From contig NW_027192194.1 in assembly GCF_041956535.1 (NCBI RefSeq), positions 612,545 to 676,544 on the forward strand: a stretch of 64,000 nt of DNA, in the 5' to 3' direction. The position numbers and the translations under genes were made by a program. The stretch comes from Calcarisporiella thermophila CBS 279.70 (lineage: Eukaryota; Fungi; Calcarisporiellomycota). The notes under the pieces are model-generated. The model saw only the letters and a program-made list of their open reading frames with translations, ran no database searches and was not told where the DNA came from. This document shows, piece after piece, positions 51,309 through 63,017 of this stretch; the stretch's first letter is position 1, and the number at the start of each line of letters is the position of its first letter.

Positions 51309-52047
51309 CTAATTTTCAAGTAATCTCCACTGGCGTCTTGCTGTCTGCATCAACTTCTTTGGCTTTCCTTCATCTAGCGTTCGCCCTACAAGTTGGAAGA
51401 GTCAGTGTTGAATTATTGGATGGGACGTTGTGTAAGGCCCATGTGAGCATATTAATAATATTAAAAAAGTAGAAATCTATTCACCTTTCCAAACCATGAC
51501 ACCCCACGCCCTACCATGCCGCAAATCCTAAATAAAAATGGAATTTTCGTGAGTTATTATAAGTGAACAGAGGATAGAAGCAAGTGATATGGAAGAGAAG
51601 CTTGGGAAAAAAAAAACCGAACAAATGTTTGCAGAGACATCTGAAAGCATAAATGTAGCATATTCCCGATGTTTAGAAATCAAATTTACCTCCTTCAGCT
51701 TTATCTTTGTGATCTCATAATAGCAATCCTGGAAACCCTTATTGATCCATTTTTGTAGTACCTGTATGAAGAGAACGAAAGACCACCCAAAGTTATTATA
51801 TAATCCAGCATTGACCAAGTACATACAATGCAGCACACGAAGGTGTGTATGTATTATACACTCCTCCCAGGATATAAACTTGTAGATAATTTCGAAAAAC
51901 AAAAGCTCCACATACCACTCGCTGGCCGACTCCAAAATCTTTGTGCGTATTTAGCAACTCGTATAGATTCTTAGGCTTGTACGCAGCCTTTATTATTGGT
52001 AGCGCTGTACCTGTTTTTGCAAGGATCTCCCGTGCGATCGTCGTCAT
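51309..52047 (-). CDS. MRPS34: Mitochondrial ribosomal protein mS34-like; 4 exons
   Basis: Spliced product KNLYELL..HKDFGVGQRV|VLQKW...DCYYEITKIK...|DLRHGRAWGVMVWKG matches the recalled mS34 pattern (FGVG, YW/YY-IT, HGKAWG). Confidence 0.75.
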
Positions 52048-52160
52048 GGATATATAGATCTGATATTGAAAATGCACTTTCGAATAATCTCTCGACAGAG
52101 TAAACATATTTTAAGCCACACTTGTTTTGGAAGCCCGATCAGATTTGGGAGTTTATTATT

Positions 52161-53871
52161 TCACAACTCTTCATCCGAACTAGCTGCACCGTTTACTACG
52201 GAAGACGCTTCCATTTTTCTTCTAAATAACACACTCGAGAGTTTAGAGGCATGAATATCTTTTGATTCTCCTTCGTCCTTAGGGAGGTCCAGCTCCACCT
52301 CGTCTCGCGCATCTGGTTTTTGTCTATCTAGCCTCCCGTTTGAAGAATAAGTTTCACTGCGTGGTATCCGGAATAATCCAGATGTCATATCCACCCCGAG
52401 ATCGTCACGGCTATCCTCTGTCCTGTCTTCCACCATATAATCATTGGTCTGTATTGGCAATTCAGACCCTACTGCCTCATCTGGACTTGATGATCTCGAA
52501 CGAATAAGCCCCCCACGGTCTCTCATTCTACCCAATAAGCTCCTTCTCGCCCCACCTGTCGTGTCATTATATTTCTCGTCTTCACCGAACAGATCCATCT
52601 CCTCTTCAGTCTGGATACTTCCCTTCTCTAAAGGCATATTTCCAAAGAGACCTCCCTTTCCTATAGATCGCTGCTTGATATGTCCAGAACTTGTTTCCAT
52701 GTTTTGCTCCCCCTCATCATCCTCCCTCAACCTCGCGTTGTTTGCATTTAGTTTCTCATTACGGCGCTGAAGAAACTGTGCAAGAGCACCATACCTCCCC
52801 GGCCGTCGAATAAGTTGCTCTTCTTCCTCAGAGTCATTTTCATCATCAGCCAAAAACTGATTGATTTTTGGCCGCCGTTTGGAAAGAGAGGGCATTTTGT
52901 CGTCTGAGAGCTTCGATAATCGATTTCTCTGCGAATGTACTGACACCTACTAGAGCAATTAGAATTCGCCACTAGCAATAAAAGAGAAACAAGACTGACT
53001 TCACTGCTCTCGTTTGTTACTTTGTGAGTATTAATGTTGCTATCAGATGGTGGAATTTCTTCTTCTCCACCTATTTACCATCAATCATCATTAAATAAAG
53101 AGTTGTTCTCTCCTTGCTTAATTCATGCATCATATACCGTAAACAATCCCATTGTTTGACGTTCCACGGATATCCTCGTACCATTGCTCCAATGTGATCT
53201 ATAAGATTTCTTTGGGTCAGTATCTTGAATAGACCTCGTCTCGACCTCCAGTTACCCTGCACCGGTTATGATGGCATAATCTCTCCACTTTACGGACGAA
53301 ATCGCGAAACCGATATTTAGAGAATAACCGGTGCCCCCAGCTCTGGTAAAACCAGATAAGTTTTCTGAGATCTCGTGCCTAAACCGAAAACTTCCATGTC
53401 AATATAAAGCCGCGAAAAGTTCACCCTTGCAATCAAAATACCTCGTGGCCTTTCCCCAAGAACTTGAGAGTTTTTGCATGCGAGCGCAAGAATTGAAGTC
53501 CGTCGTCTGAGAGCAATCTATAGTAAGTGTTAACATTATTATCCTCCTATAACCAATGGCCCATCCTACCTCTCGATGTCTAATTTTGGTCTTGGCTCTC
53601 TTGCTCTCTTAGTATCTACTTTATCCAAGTCATTCTTATTCGATTCATCCTCAGGCATCGGCGCTGGGAGAAGATCCTCTATATTTTTTTGCGTGCCAGT
53701 ATTCTGGTGCTTTTCAGACGTTGATGTAATTTCTTCATCCTCGGGAATAAGGAAATCAAAATTATTAGAGGACGATGGATTGGCGGCGGCAGAAGATTGT
53801 TGCGGCAATGTATTTTCATTATCGTCGATAAAGTAGGTGGGCTCCTGAACTATATCGTTATCGTCGAACAT
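52161..53871 (-). CDS. CSM3: Replication fork protection subunit Csm3/Swi3/TIPIN; multi-exon
   Basis: RPKLDIER|LLSDDGL..LR.HAKTLKFLGKGHE|ARDLRKLIWFYQSWGHRLFSKYRFRDFVRKVERL (Swi3 domain) with a long acidic tail. Confidence 0.9.
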
Positions 53872-53910
53872 GCTGACTAGCAGTAGCGTTGATATCCCAA
53901 AAAAAAAATT

Positions 53911-53938
53911 ACGCGATAAAAATTGGAAATTGACGCGT
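53911..53938. promoter_or_regulatory. MCB-like G1/S elements upstream of CSM3
   Basis: ACGCGA at 53911 and ACGCGT at 53933, within 70 bp of the ATG in AT-rich context. Confidence 0.6.
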
Positions 53939-54152
53939 AAATTGAATTTCAGTAACAAGCCAACATTAATATGATGAATGAAAGTTGCGCCCTATGCTAT
54001 TTTGCTCTGGACTTGAGTTGCAATACACCGTATTTTATATTAAAATAAATGGAAATATAGCTGACAAATTTTCTTAAAAACAAAATGAGTGTATGCAAAA
54101 TTTAAAAAACAGAAGAACAGAAGAGCTAATGAAATTTTTAAGATTGCAACGA

Positions 54153-55232
54153 TTAGGCGTCCACGGTGAAGGCAAGGCCAAACTATAGGGAAGGGAAAAG
54201 TATAAGCACATCTGAGCTCAATCCAACAGGTGATTCCAAAGTGAGGATTACCTTGTGAGCGTTCTCGTTAACACGAGAAGTATCGAACGATCCACCGAGC
54301 GTGACCTTGACACCAGGTCGGAGCAGTTGTGTGTAGGAGAGCCCAAGAATACCATTGTTGTTGACCTTGGCCTATAGCAATCGAAATATTTGCATGTTAG
54401 ATACCACCACTTATTTTGAAAAAAAAAAACCAATGGCCTCGTCACCTTCACAAACGCGTCCTTGTCCAAGAAATACTTGGTGCCGACCTCAAGTGCAACG
54501 TTCGAGTTGGCAGTCTTACTGTCCCACACAGCACGGCCACCAGCCTCAACGGTGGGGCTAACGCGGTGGTAATACGATGCTGAGAACACGCTCAGATTTT
54601 GTTGTGCGTGAAGGGTAAGAGCGTATTCAGGGGTCACGTATCCGATGGCCGTGTTGTATCTCTTTACTTTGCCCTCCTGCACATCATAAGCAACCTCGGC
54701 ACCAGCCAACACACCATCCCGGTACACGACGGCATCAGTGGTGAAAACGGATCCCTTCACCAGATCCAGGTAGCCACGGGTATGCAAGCCACTCTGCTTA
54801 TACACTGCACCAATACGAGCAGTCTTTGCACTGGTAGAAGGCTGCAGTGACGCGTTGATATCGAGCTTCAATCCCTTGCTAAGGTTGTTCTCGAGCTCAA
54901 TTTGGCCCGTGATGAGGTTGGCGGTGTTCCAGGATTCAGTGAAGGAGATACCGTTTTTCGCGTCGGTCCACTTCGTCTTGAGCTCACTGTGGATGGCACC
55001 AGTCTTGGAGTCCTTCGCTCCGTTGACAGTGAAGGTCTTGAAGAAATAGAGATTTTAAGCTTTCACTCTTACTGAAGAGGAATAAGAAAAGTAATCAAGA
55101 AATACATACCACGCCATTAGGAGCGGTGGTCTTAACCTCAAGCTTAACGGCGCCAACGGGGTAATCCTTGCCAAGGAGATCGTTGGAGGCCTTGCCGAGA
55201 TCGGGGTAAGCAATCGGTACGGGCTGAGACAT
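54153..55232 (-). CDS. POR1: Mitochondrial outer-membrane porin (VDAC); 4 exons
   Basis: [48 protein letters not shown]|[24 protein letters not shown] and HK|FGLAFT. Confidence 0.96.
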
Positions 55233-56411
55233 TTCTTCTAGATCTTGATGAATTCGATGATTTCCGTTAAGAAACAATAGCAGTGTTAAAAAAATCAAGA
55301 TTTTAATAGCGCTCGCTCGAATTTCTTTCGACAGGGGGGGGTCATATTGAAAGCTACCCTCAACACATCCCGCCTAAATAACTACGAATGTTACTGGTTT
55401 TGCTGGACTAGATCTCGCCTTAGAGCTAAAATCCGAAGCGCGTTGTGTTCAAAACCATGCAACCACAGCCCAGGAAACTTAAAAACCTGCTTTCTCCATA
55501 CAGCAGAGATCTCCCCCATGCCGTCTTACTGAATCCGTTTATTGACCCCAGCCACTGAGGGGGCACCATCACCAACGAGCATAGCACGTTCACATAAACG
55601 GCCAGGTCTCCCATTGGATATACTATTGTCTTGTATATCCGCATTTTCTCTACATTGATCGGATAGGCCGTCGAGTTTAGAACTTTTCCCTGGCGTCATC
55701 CGATACTGTGCAAGGGCCATTGGTATGTGAGAGGAGAGCCACATCGTTTGATGTATTTGATATCTATTATTGGGATATGCTTATAAACCAATGGCTATTA
55801 AAAAGGTCAAGAGCACTTTAATACCCAAAATTAAGAAAAGGCCAAAAAATGCCCATGGCAAGGGCGTTTAGAGATGGATATTGTTTTGAAGATCCAATAC
55901 TATGAATATTCTAAGCATGAACAATGAAAGTGCTCTGCTGATATGGTACACAAAGTTAACACATTATAATATATATAGTATGATCAAACGAAACAGCTAT
56001 TTAAAGAATAGCTCCTCTCTTGGTATTCTATAAACCTCATTCAGATTTTTTTTTTTCTTCATGATAGCATTATATGAATTCATTTGCAATAATACACTTG
56101 AGTGCGTTGCTACGACGCAATATTACACTTAGGCCATATGCGATGGGTGGGGCACTCACTTGATATTAGCTCACGCATTTAACACAAGCTCACTGACATA
56201 CGCATCCTTGGTGTATGCTTAATGGCTGATGAACAAGGCGGACTCAAGCACCTTGATTTTTGAAAGGAAAGAAAAGGAGAAGCACGGCTATTCAAGAATC
56301 TACCCTTGGACCTATCTAAAAGATTTTATTAATCTCACTCTATATAAGCACTTTCTCAATCTCAAGTTACAATAGAGTTGCAAACGGGAGGTATTAAATA
56401 GTTTCATCTCT

Positions 56412-59222
56412 TCATTTTTCAGCACCGCGAGTATCAAAATCGGAAAGGAAGTCCGGTGTAGTGGGTTTGGTAGTCGAAGTAGAAAGAGTGGCGGCCATAT
56501 CAGCATTTGGCAACGAAATACGCTGGTATAGATGAATATTCTCGAGCTCTTGCTCAAGAATTTCCTGCAGAGTAGTGTATTCCTTTTCTTTAGCTCTAAA
56601 TGAGGTCGTGGAGTTAATAACAATCCAAATGAGGGTATATCGGGTATGACAAAGCTAACTTTTCTAATCGTGCTTCCAGACTTTTGAGTGCACTTTGCAG
56701 CCTGCCTTCGAGATCGTAACCTGATTGTAAAATATAGGAAATAAACAAATGTGATGATGCTCTTTGTCGTTTGTCACAAATTCAATTTACCAATCCGATT
56801 AGTAGTCTCATCAAATGTGCGGCTACGATCCTCAAAATCCCTCTGTAACCGCTCAAGGGTAGCACGGTCTCGATCAACCTCGGGCTCCTTTGCCTGAATA
56901 AATACCTTCAAATTCTCCTGAGTGTGTCGAAGCTCTTTAATGGTAGCAGACAGCTGCGCAGCAGACTTGAAGTCTCGACCTATAAATTGAAAAAGAAAGA
57001 AACTTTTAATCGGAGAGCCCATTCTCTAGTAAAACAATGAAAAGACAGCCGACCAGCCACCGATAGCTTTTTGTTATCTTCCAGCCGAGGAATTTGCTCC
57101 CCAACCCCGACCAGCTCTTGTCGTGCCTTGGCAAGTTGTCCTTGCCCTAACAAGACTTTTGCCGTGGCCGTTTTCAGTTGCTGGTCGGCCTCCGCCACCT
57201 CTCCACGCAATCGTGCTATCTCTCCAATCACTTGCTCCCGTGCTTCACTCTCTTGCTTTAAGACATCGACCAACTCATCAATTTCCTTGGCCTCGACTTC
57301 AAATTTCGCTGCGTCAGTCAAATTGTTCGATATTTGCTGCTCAAGCCGGGATATGTCATGTGCCCTATTTTGGCGTTCACGCTCATGTGTCTCCATCTGG
57401 CGCTGGAGCGCACCCTCTGCCTTTTCTATTCGGGAGGCACGTTGTGCAATGTCGCGCTGCCGAGCAGTGAGCACGGACCTTTCTCCTGATAATTCATTCT
57501 TTTCGGTGTTAAATGGCCGGATGGTGTCCTCAATTGTACGCTCAATATTACTAATGTGCTTGGTAATTTCGAATTCTTGATTTTGCAGCATGACAAGACG
57601 CTCCTTGAGCTCGACAATTTCGTTCTATAATGAAATAGGCATGAGTCAAAGTCACGAAAAGCTGTGCGAAAGCTATTGTACCCGAATACTTTGCCGCTGC
57701 TGCGTCAAGCCTTCCATTTCCACTCGTAATTCGCGTGTATGATCAAACATTTTTTCTTCAAACTCGGCCTCGTTGCGCTCTAACATATCCTGGTCAAACA
57801 CTAGCTCGCTTTATAGAATAGAGAACGAAGTTAGTAAATATATATATAAATATACCAATCTATCTTCAAGGATGGGTGCTTTTAAACAGTTACCTTCGTT
57901 CCTTTTCTAATGTCTCTCGCTCATTACTTATGGACAGCCCCTCCTTTTCGCTCCATTTCTTAAAATTCTCAACATAATCGTGCAATGACTTTTCCGATCT
58001 CTCCTTTAAGGTTTTCCATTGCTCACAAGCCAATTTTGCTGCACTCGAGAGGTCTCTCATGACTCCTGCTCCGCGCATCCAGGTGGATGCTAACGATTTG
58101 TCGATCGCTGGCAGTATCTTCTGTGACCGCGTAATATTGGCCTGCGATTCTTCAAGTTCTCGGCGTATCCGATCCGCTTCATTAAAGTCCTCTTTCTCGA
58201 GCGCAATTTCCTGCATGCGCTGCAATTCACTGACCTTTTTCTGAGACTATCAATAGCATGGGATAACGTGAGATCCTTTCCAAAAAATTTGAATTTCCAA
58301 AAAATTTACCTCGATCAATTGGTTTTGGAGAACTTTTCGGCGGTCAACCAATTTAGTTGAATATGTTTTAAGTCTCTGGAGCTCATACTCTATCTCACAC
58401 AAGCGGGTCTCAGGAGAGCTGCCTACTGGTTTGACAGTCGGACTGTCACGAACATGTGGTGCATGTTGTTGAAATGGTATTGCTGGATGTCGATCCGGAG
58501 TTTCTAGCCGTGGTAGTGCAAATGCTATAGAATAGACAGAGGATACATTTAGAGCTAGAAGCGGTAGAGGTATTTCACTTATTAACCTCCAAAATTATCC
58601 ACTTCATCAGATATTTTCGAGCGGTGATATGAAAAGCTATTCGCCGTGGAATTTTTTCGTTCAGGCTCTATGGGTTGATTGATAAAGGAAAACACGGAAT
58701 TGGGTCTCGAGAATCTGCTCTCGGCTAAAATTATAGATAGTGGTATAAGGATGCATCAATTAATATACGAAATATTATATATTTGCCTCTTTTGTTGATA
58801 AAAGAAAAGCTAGACTTTTTGTTAGAAGCTCGATTATCATAGGCGGAATCATCAAGTGAAACCTCTTGGAAATTAGAAGATAGCGAAGAGCTTTGCGCGT
58901 CTCGAGGTTGTACTGCAAAATAAAAGCATGTAACGAGATATTAATATCCAGCCATGAAAATCAGAAAAAAACATAGATAAGTATATTACTAAATTGGTCT
59001 CGATCTAAAGGATAATTTAGCATTGTAGTGTGCCTTGGCCCAGAAAATGATGACCGGTTTGAGCTATTTCCAAGAAGAGCGCTTGATTCATCCTGCTCTT
59101 CGTGCCGGATAAAAATATCTAAAATCAGGATGAGCACATGCTCTGCACCACATCCAGTGTGTATATGAAATAAGCTATCACTTGCCGTCTGAAAAAAAAT
59201 TAGTAGTGGGGTTTCGGTCCAT
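56412..59222 (-). CDS. Long coiled-coil protein with UVR-like helical-hairpin motifs; about 10 exons
   Basis: An in-frame exon chain can be built from ATG 59222 to TGA 56412. It has heptad-rich exons and the motifs ALEKEDFNEADRI and AGRDFKSAAQL. Confidence 0.65.
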
Positions 59223-59406
59223 CACACTTGAAGTAGGATTGCCTACTTGATAGAGACTGAGGGGATTTGAAGTGTGGCCACCATTTACGTGACGTTTTTT
59301 ATATGAATATTATCTTGAGTACATTTGTTCTATTTTATTTTCTTTTTGTATTCAATTTCCACCTTTACTTCACCGAATTTGGCTATAGACAATCCTCTTC
59401 TGTAGG

Positions 59407-60487
59407 ATGGAGCAGGAAGAAGAAGGTGTTCTATCTCTTGCTTTGAAAAATAATATAAAATTGACTCCTAATACTCCGTGTCATTTACAGAAATTGAGTA
59501 TTCTGTCCTCTCAAGTCTCCAACCGAGTAAGTCCTCACCATCCTATATAGTATTTTTCGCACTTAATTTCGTATTAACCAATTCTCATACATTCGATAAT
59601 GTTAAATTATGCGATTCCATTTTTATTGTGTTATACAGTACTGAAAGATTTCCGGGAGATTGGCTCATTAGCGATTTGGTCACTCTCGTCATGTAAAGCT
59701 GGATTTGGAGTTGACCAATTGCGCGATGATGACCTCGAAACATACTGGCAGTATGTGAACTAGTCCTATCATTATGGCCTTTGCTATGTACTTAGTCACT
59801 CTTACCTTTCGGGATAGATCTGATGGAACCCAACCGCACCTCGTCAATATCCAATTTCCCAAAAGAACTGGAATTACAGTAGGTCTCCCACGCAAAATCC
59901 GCTCAATTTTCTATTTAATTTTTTAAACCAGCTGTCAGCATTTATGCATTTTTCTAGATGCGAAGCAGGATGAGAGCTACACTCCCAATAAACTTAGTGT
60001 TCGGGTTGGAAATAGCTTTTACGACTTGATGGTATATCCTGGCTTCCATTTTCCTAGTATATATTTATTCCGATTCTGTGCAACTAACTTATGCATGACT
60101 AGGATCTACATATTCTGGATTTGGAGGAACCTTCGGGGTGGGTCGTCATACCACTTTCAAGCAGTTCGACCGGAAGGTGATTATGTTAAACAAAAGCTAA
60201 AAGCGATGAGCTAGCATTGACTCGAAGCGACAATATAGGACCAAGCTTCCTTTGGTGACGCGCCTTCTTCAACTGGCCATCCTTTCCAATCATCAAAATG
60301 GAAAGGACACGCATGTACGACAGATAAAAGTGTTTGCGCCTAGACAGTACTCTTTCTTGCTCTCCACAAACACCTGATGTTACAAAACGTCGATGCTAAC
60401 TGACTATGTATTAGAATGCCATTAGAGGACGACGACATTTTACCATTCACCTCCACGACTTTAGCCATGCATTCAACTGTGCGGTAA
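59407..60487 (+). CDS. APC10: Anaphase-promoting complex subunit 10; many short exons, missed by the ORF track
   Basis: Spliced [33 protein letters not shown]|[43 protein letters not shown] and a C-terminal TVR* (IR-tail variant). Confidence 0.94.
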
Positions 60488-60817
60488 TAATTTATTTTTG
60501 GTTATGGAATAGACTTGGGATCACACTGTCTTTTGGGCATCCTGGAGGAATCACCCTGTTTTGATTCTGTGAACCATCCTTGTATGTATTTTCCGCCACT
60601 TCATTGTTACCCTTATCATGAAGAATTTATTAAAATCATAATGATCCATATGTATATGCCCGTGAAGAACATGAATAAAATGAACAGTGACCTGAAATCA
60701 GCAATATGTATAGTATGATACAAGTATGGAGAGATGGATGAATGACGATGCTTCAATGAAAGAATAAATATAAATAAATGGGTGATTGCATAGAGAGGTT
60801 ATATGAAACCAAGTTCT

Positions 60818-62384
60818 TTAAACGCCTGAAGCTTCTCTGACACGCTTACGATGCTTGTTCTGCTTCCTCCACATGATCGTCACCCCCAATGCAGCCATCA
60901 CTCCTGCGAGCCCAAGCTCCAACGGCAACAACGTCATGGGGCCTGCAAAATCGGCCAACACACCAGCTATCCAGCTGAAGATGCCCTGGCCGAGCGAGGC
61001 GAACCCCGTTACCAAACCAATGGCTGACCCACGTAGCCGCAAGGGGATTTCGGAGCAGAGTACAATCATTAGGGTTGGATATATAGGGCCAAGTCCCAAA
61101 CCAGTCAAGAACAGTGCAATACCAGAGAGGGCCTCCCCACCCTCTGTGCTGGGAACTATCGGCACTATAAACCAAAGGGTGAGCAGGGCAACCACGTGGA
61201 TGAGAAGGCCGATGAAGACAACGCGAAAACTTCCCACTTTGGGAGAAAGATGACCGAGCCCAACACTTCCTATCATTAGGCCCAACCAGTAGATCCCTGC
61301 TATTTGACCGGATATAGCGACTGGATATTCACGCGCAACCGTGAGAAAGTTGTAGGACCAGCTCCCAAGAGAAACTTCCGCGCCCCTATTTAAAGTGGAT
61401 GAGTAAGTATAGATTCTCGCGCAGTATAGCATTCAGTGGGTATCCATCAACATACATATAAAAGAAAAACATTAGAGCACATAACCACACGTGAAGATAT
61501 TTGAACACGGCTAGCAAAAGATTGCTTTGTTCTTCTATCTCTTCCACTTCTTCAACGCGTATTTTCTCTCCGTTGCCCTTCTCTTCGCCCTCCTCTGTCC
61601 CGGTAGCGTCGACGGCCGTAGTCTCGGAATCCTGCGTATCCATCGATGGATTCTCCCAATTTCTCCTCTCAATAAACACTACGGCTAGGCCCAAAAAGAT
61701 AGCCACCCCTGCTGAACCAAGCAAAAGATAGATGGTATTCCACTGCATATTCGCGTTATCGATCAGCAGGGTAAAGGCGGCTGGACCCGCCCATGCGCCG
61801 AGACCATAGGCGGCATGTAACCAGGTGAGGAGCCGGGCGCCGTTGGGAAGGCTCAACATAAAACTATGGATGCCTGTATCGAGGGTAGCGATGCTGGCTC
61901 CGCTCACCACCATACTTAGCATGAAGGAAAAAAACGGCAAACGGGGCGCAACGAGGGCCAAACAGAAGGTGGCCACGAGGAAGAGGCCTTCTCCCAGGAT
62001 GAGATACCTCTTGAACCCCAGCCTGTTCACTAAAAACCCCGTAAGCATAGAGCCGAGTAGGTAGCCGGCCAGATCGGAGAGAAAAGCCAAGGAGACCTGG
62101 CTGTCATTAAGGGAGTAGTATTTCCGCACTTGAGGGAGCACGAGCCCAAACGTGCCGTCGTCGGATCCAACAAAGAGGAACATCAAATAGCACAATAGGA
62201 GGGTAGCCCACCAGCGCCATTTCTTTGCCAGTCGACTGGCCGTGCTATCTGCATAGCTCTCATTAGAGTTGGTCGAGATGGTGTTGGTGATATCCAACTC
62301 CACTGTTTCTGTTGACTCTTTTAATGAGGAATTGGATACTGAGTCAGTTTGCTTTGTGGTCGAAGTATTTTGGCTGGCCTCCAT
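60818..62384 (-). CDS. Major facilitator superfamily transporter (Bsc6/fucose-permease-like); 2 exons
   Basis: About 12 TM helices; motifs GSDDGTFGLVLP, LHAAYGLGAWAGP, Y|.GAEVSLGSW and GLGLGPIYPT. Confidence 0.85.
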
Positions 62385-63017
62385 GAGTTTAGATCAGCAT
62401 CTAAGCTTGCTATTCTTCATGTAAAAACGCGAGGAGATCTTTAATGAGAGTACAAATAGGATGCAATAGAGACAAGCGGCTGCTGTAAAGTTGAAGGAGA
62501 AAATAAGGTGAGGGAACACTTGCGGCTTTCCTAAATAGAGGGATCCGTACAAGACTGGGCGGAAGGGAGAGGGGGAGGTGGGGGATTTAAAAGAAGCGGG
62601 GAAAAGGGAGGGGGGGGGGGGTAGGAAAGGATTTTGAACCCTTTTTTTCTTGGAAAATGACAATTATGCTGAAACCTGCGCCTGAAGGGTGGCCACAGGG
62701 TCTTAAAATACCTGAGGAAGCTTCCTAAATTTAGCCATCAGGGACCAGTATGGATCACCATAACCTGATGATTCTGTTTCGATAAAACTTTGCTGAAAAA
62801 TCCAACCCACTTTCTCATCTTTGGTGAAGTCTGTGCACGAAATTTGGAATGGCTCTATCAAGAGCTTAACCATGAAAAAAAAAAAATACCAAGAAAAATT
62901 TGAAACCGGATCCAGCTCCATGATTTGCTGATCGCTATTTACAACTGAAATATATTATCCCTTGAACATAGGATTACACATATATCAAAAAAGCTTAGGT
63001 TGAATAGAAAATGAATC

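Noticed and set aside
55458-55660. Short ORFs with in-frame TGA as a possible selenoprotein or readthrough gene
   Set aside because: No Cys/Sec redox motif or recognisable selenoprotein similarity, and no SECIS could be identified.
56224-56266. Hammerhead-like CTGATGA...GAAA
   Set aside because: GAAA does not abut stem II, and no stem III or NUH cleavage site can be formed.
60032-60102. APC10 intron starting GTATATCCT as a possible U12-type intron
   Set aside because: It does not match the U12 donor RTATCCTT and has an ordinary U2 branch point (ACTAAC).
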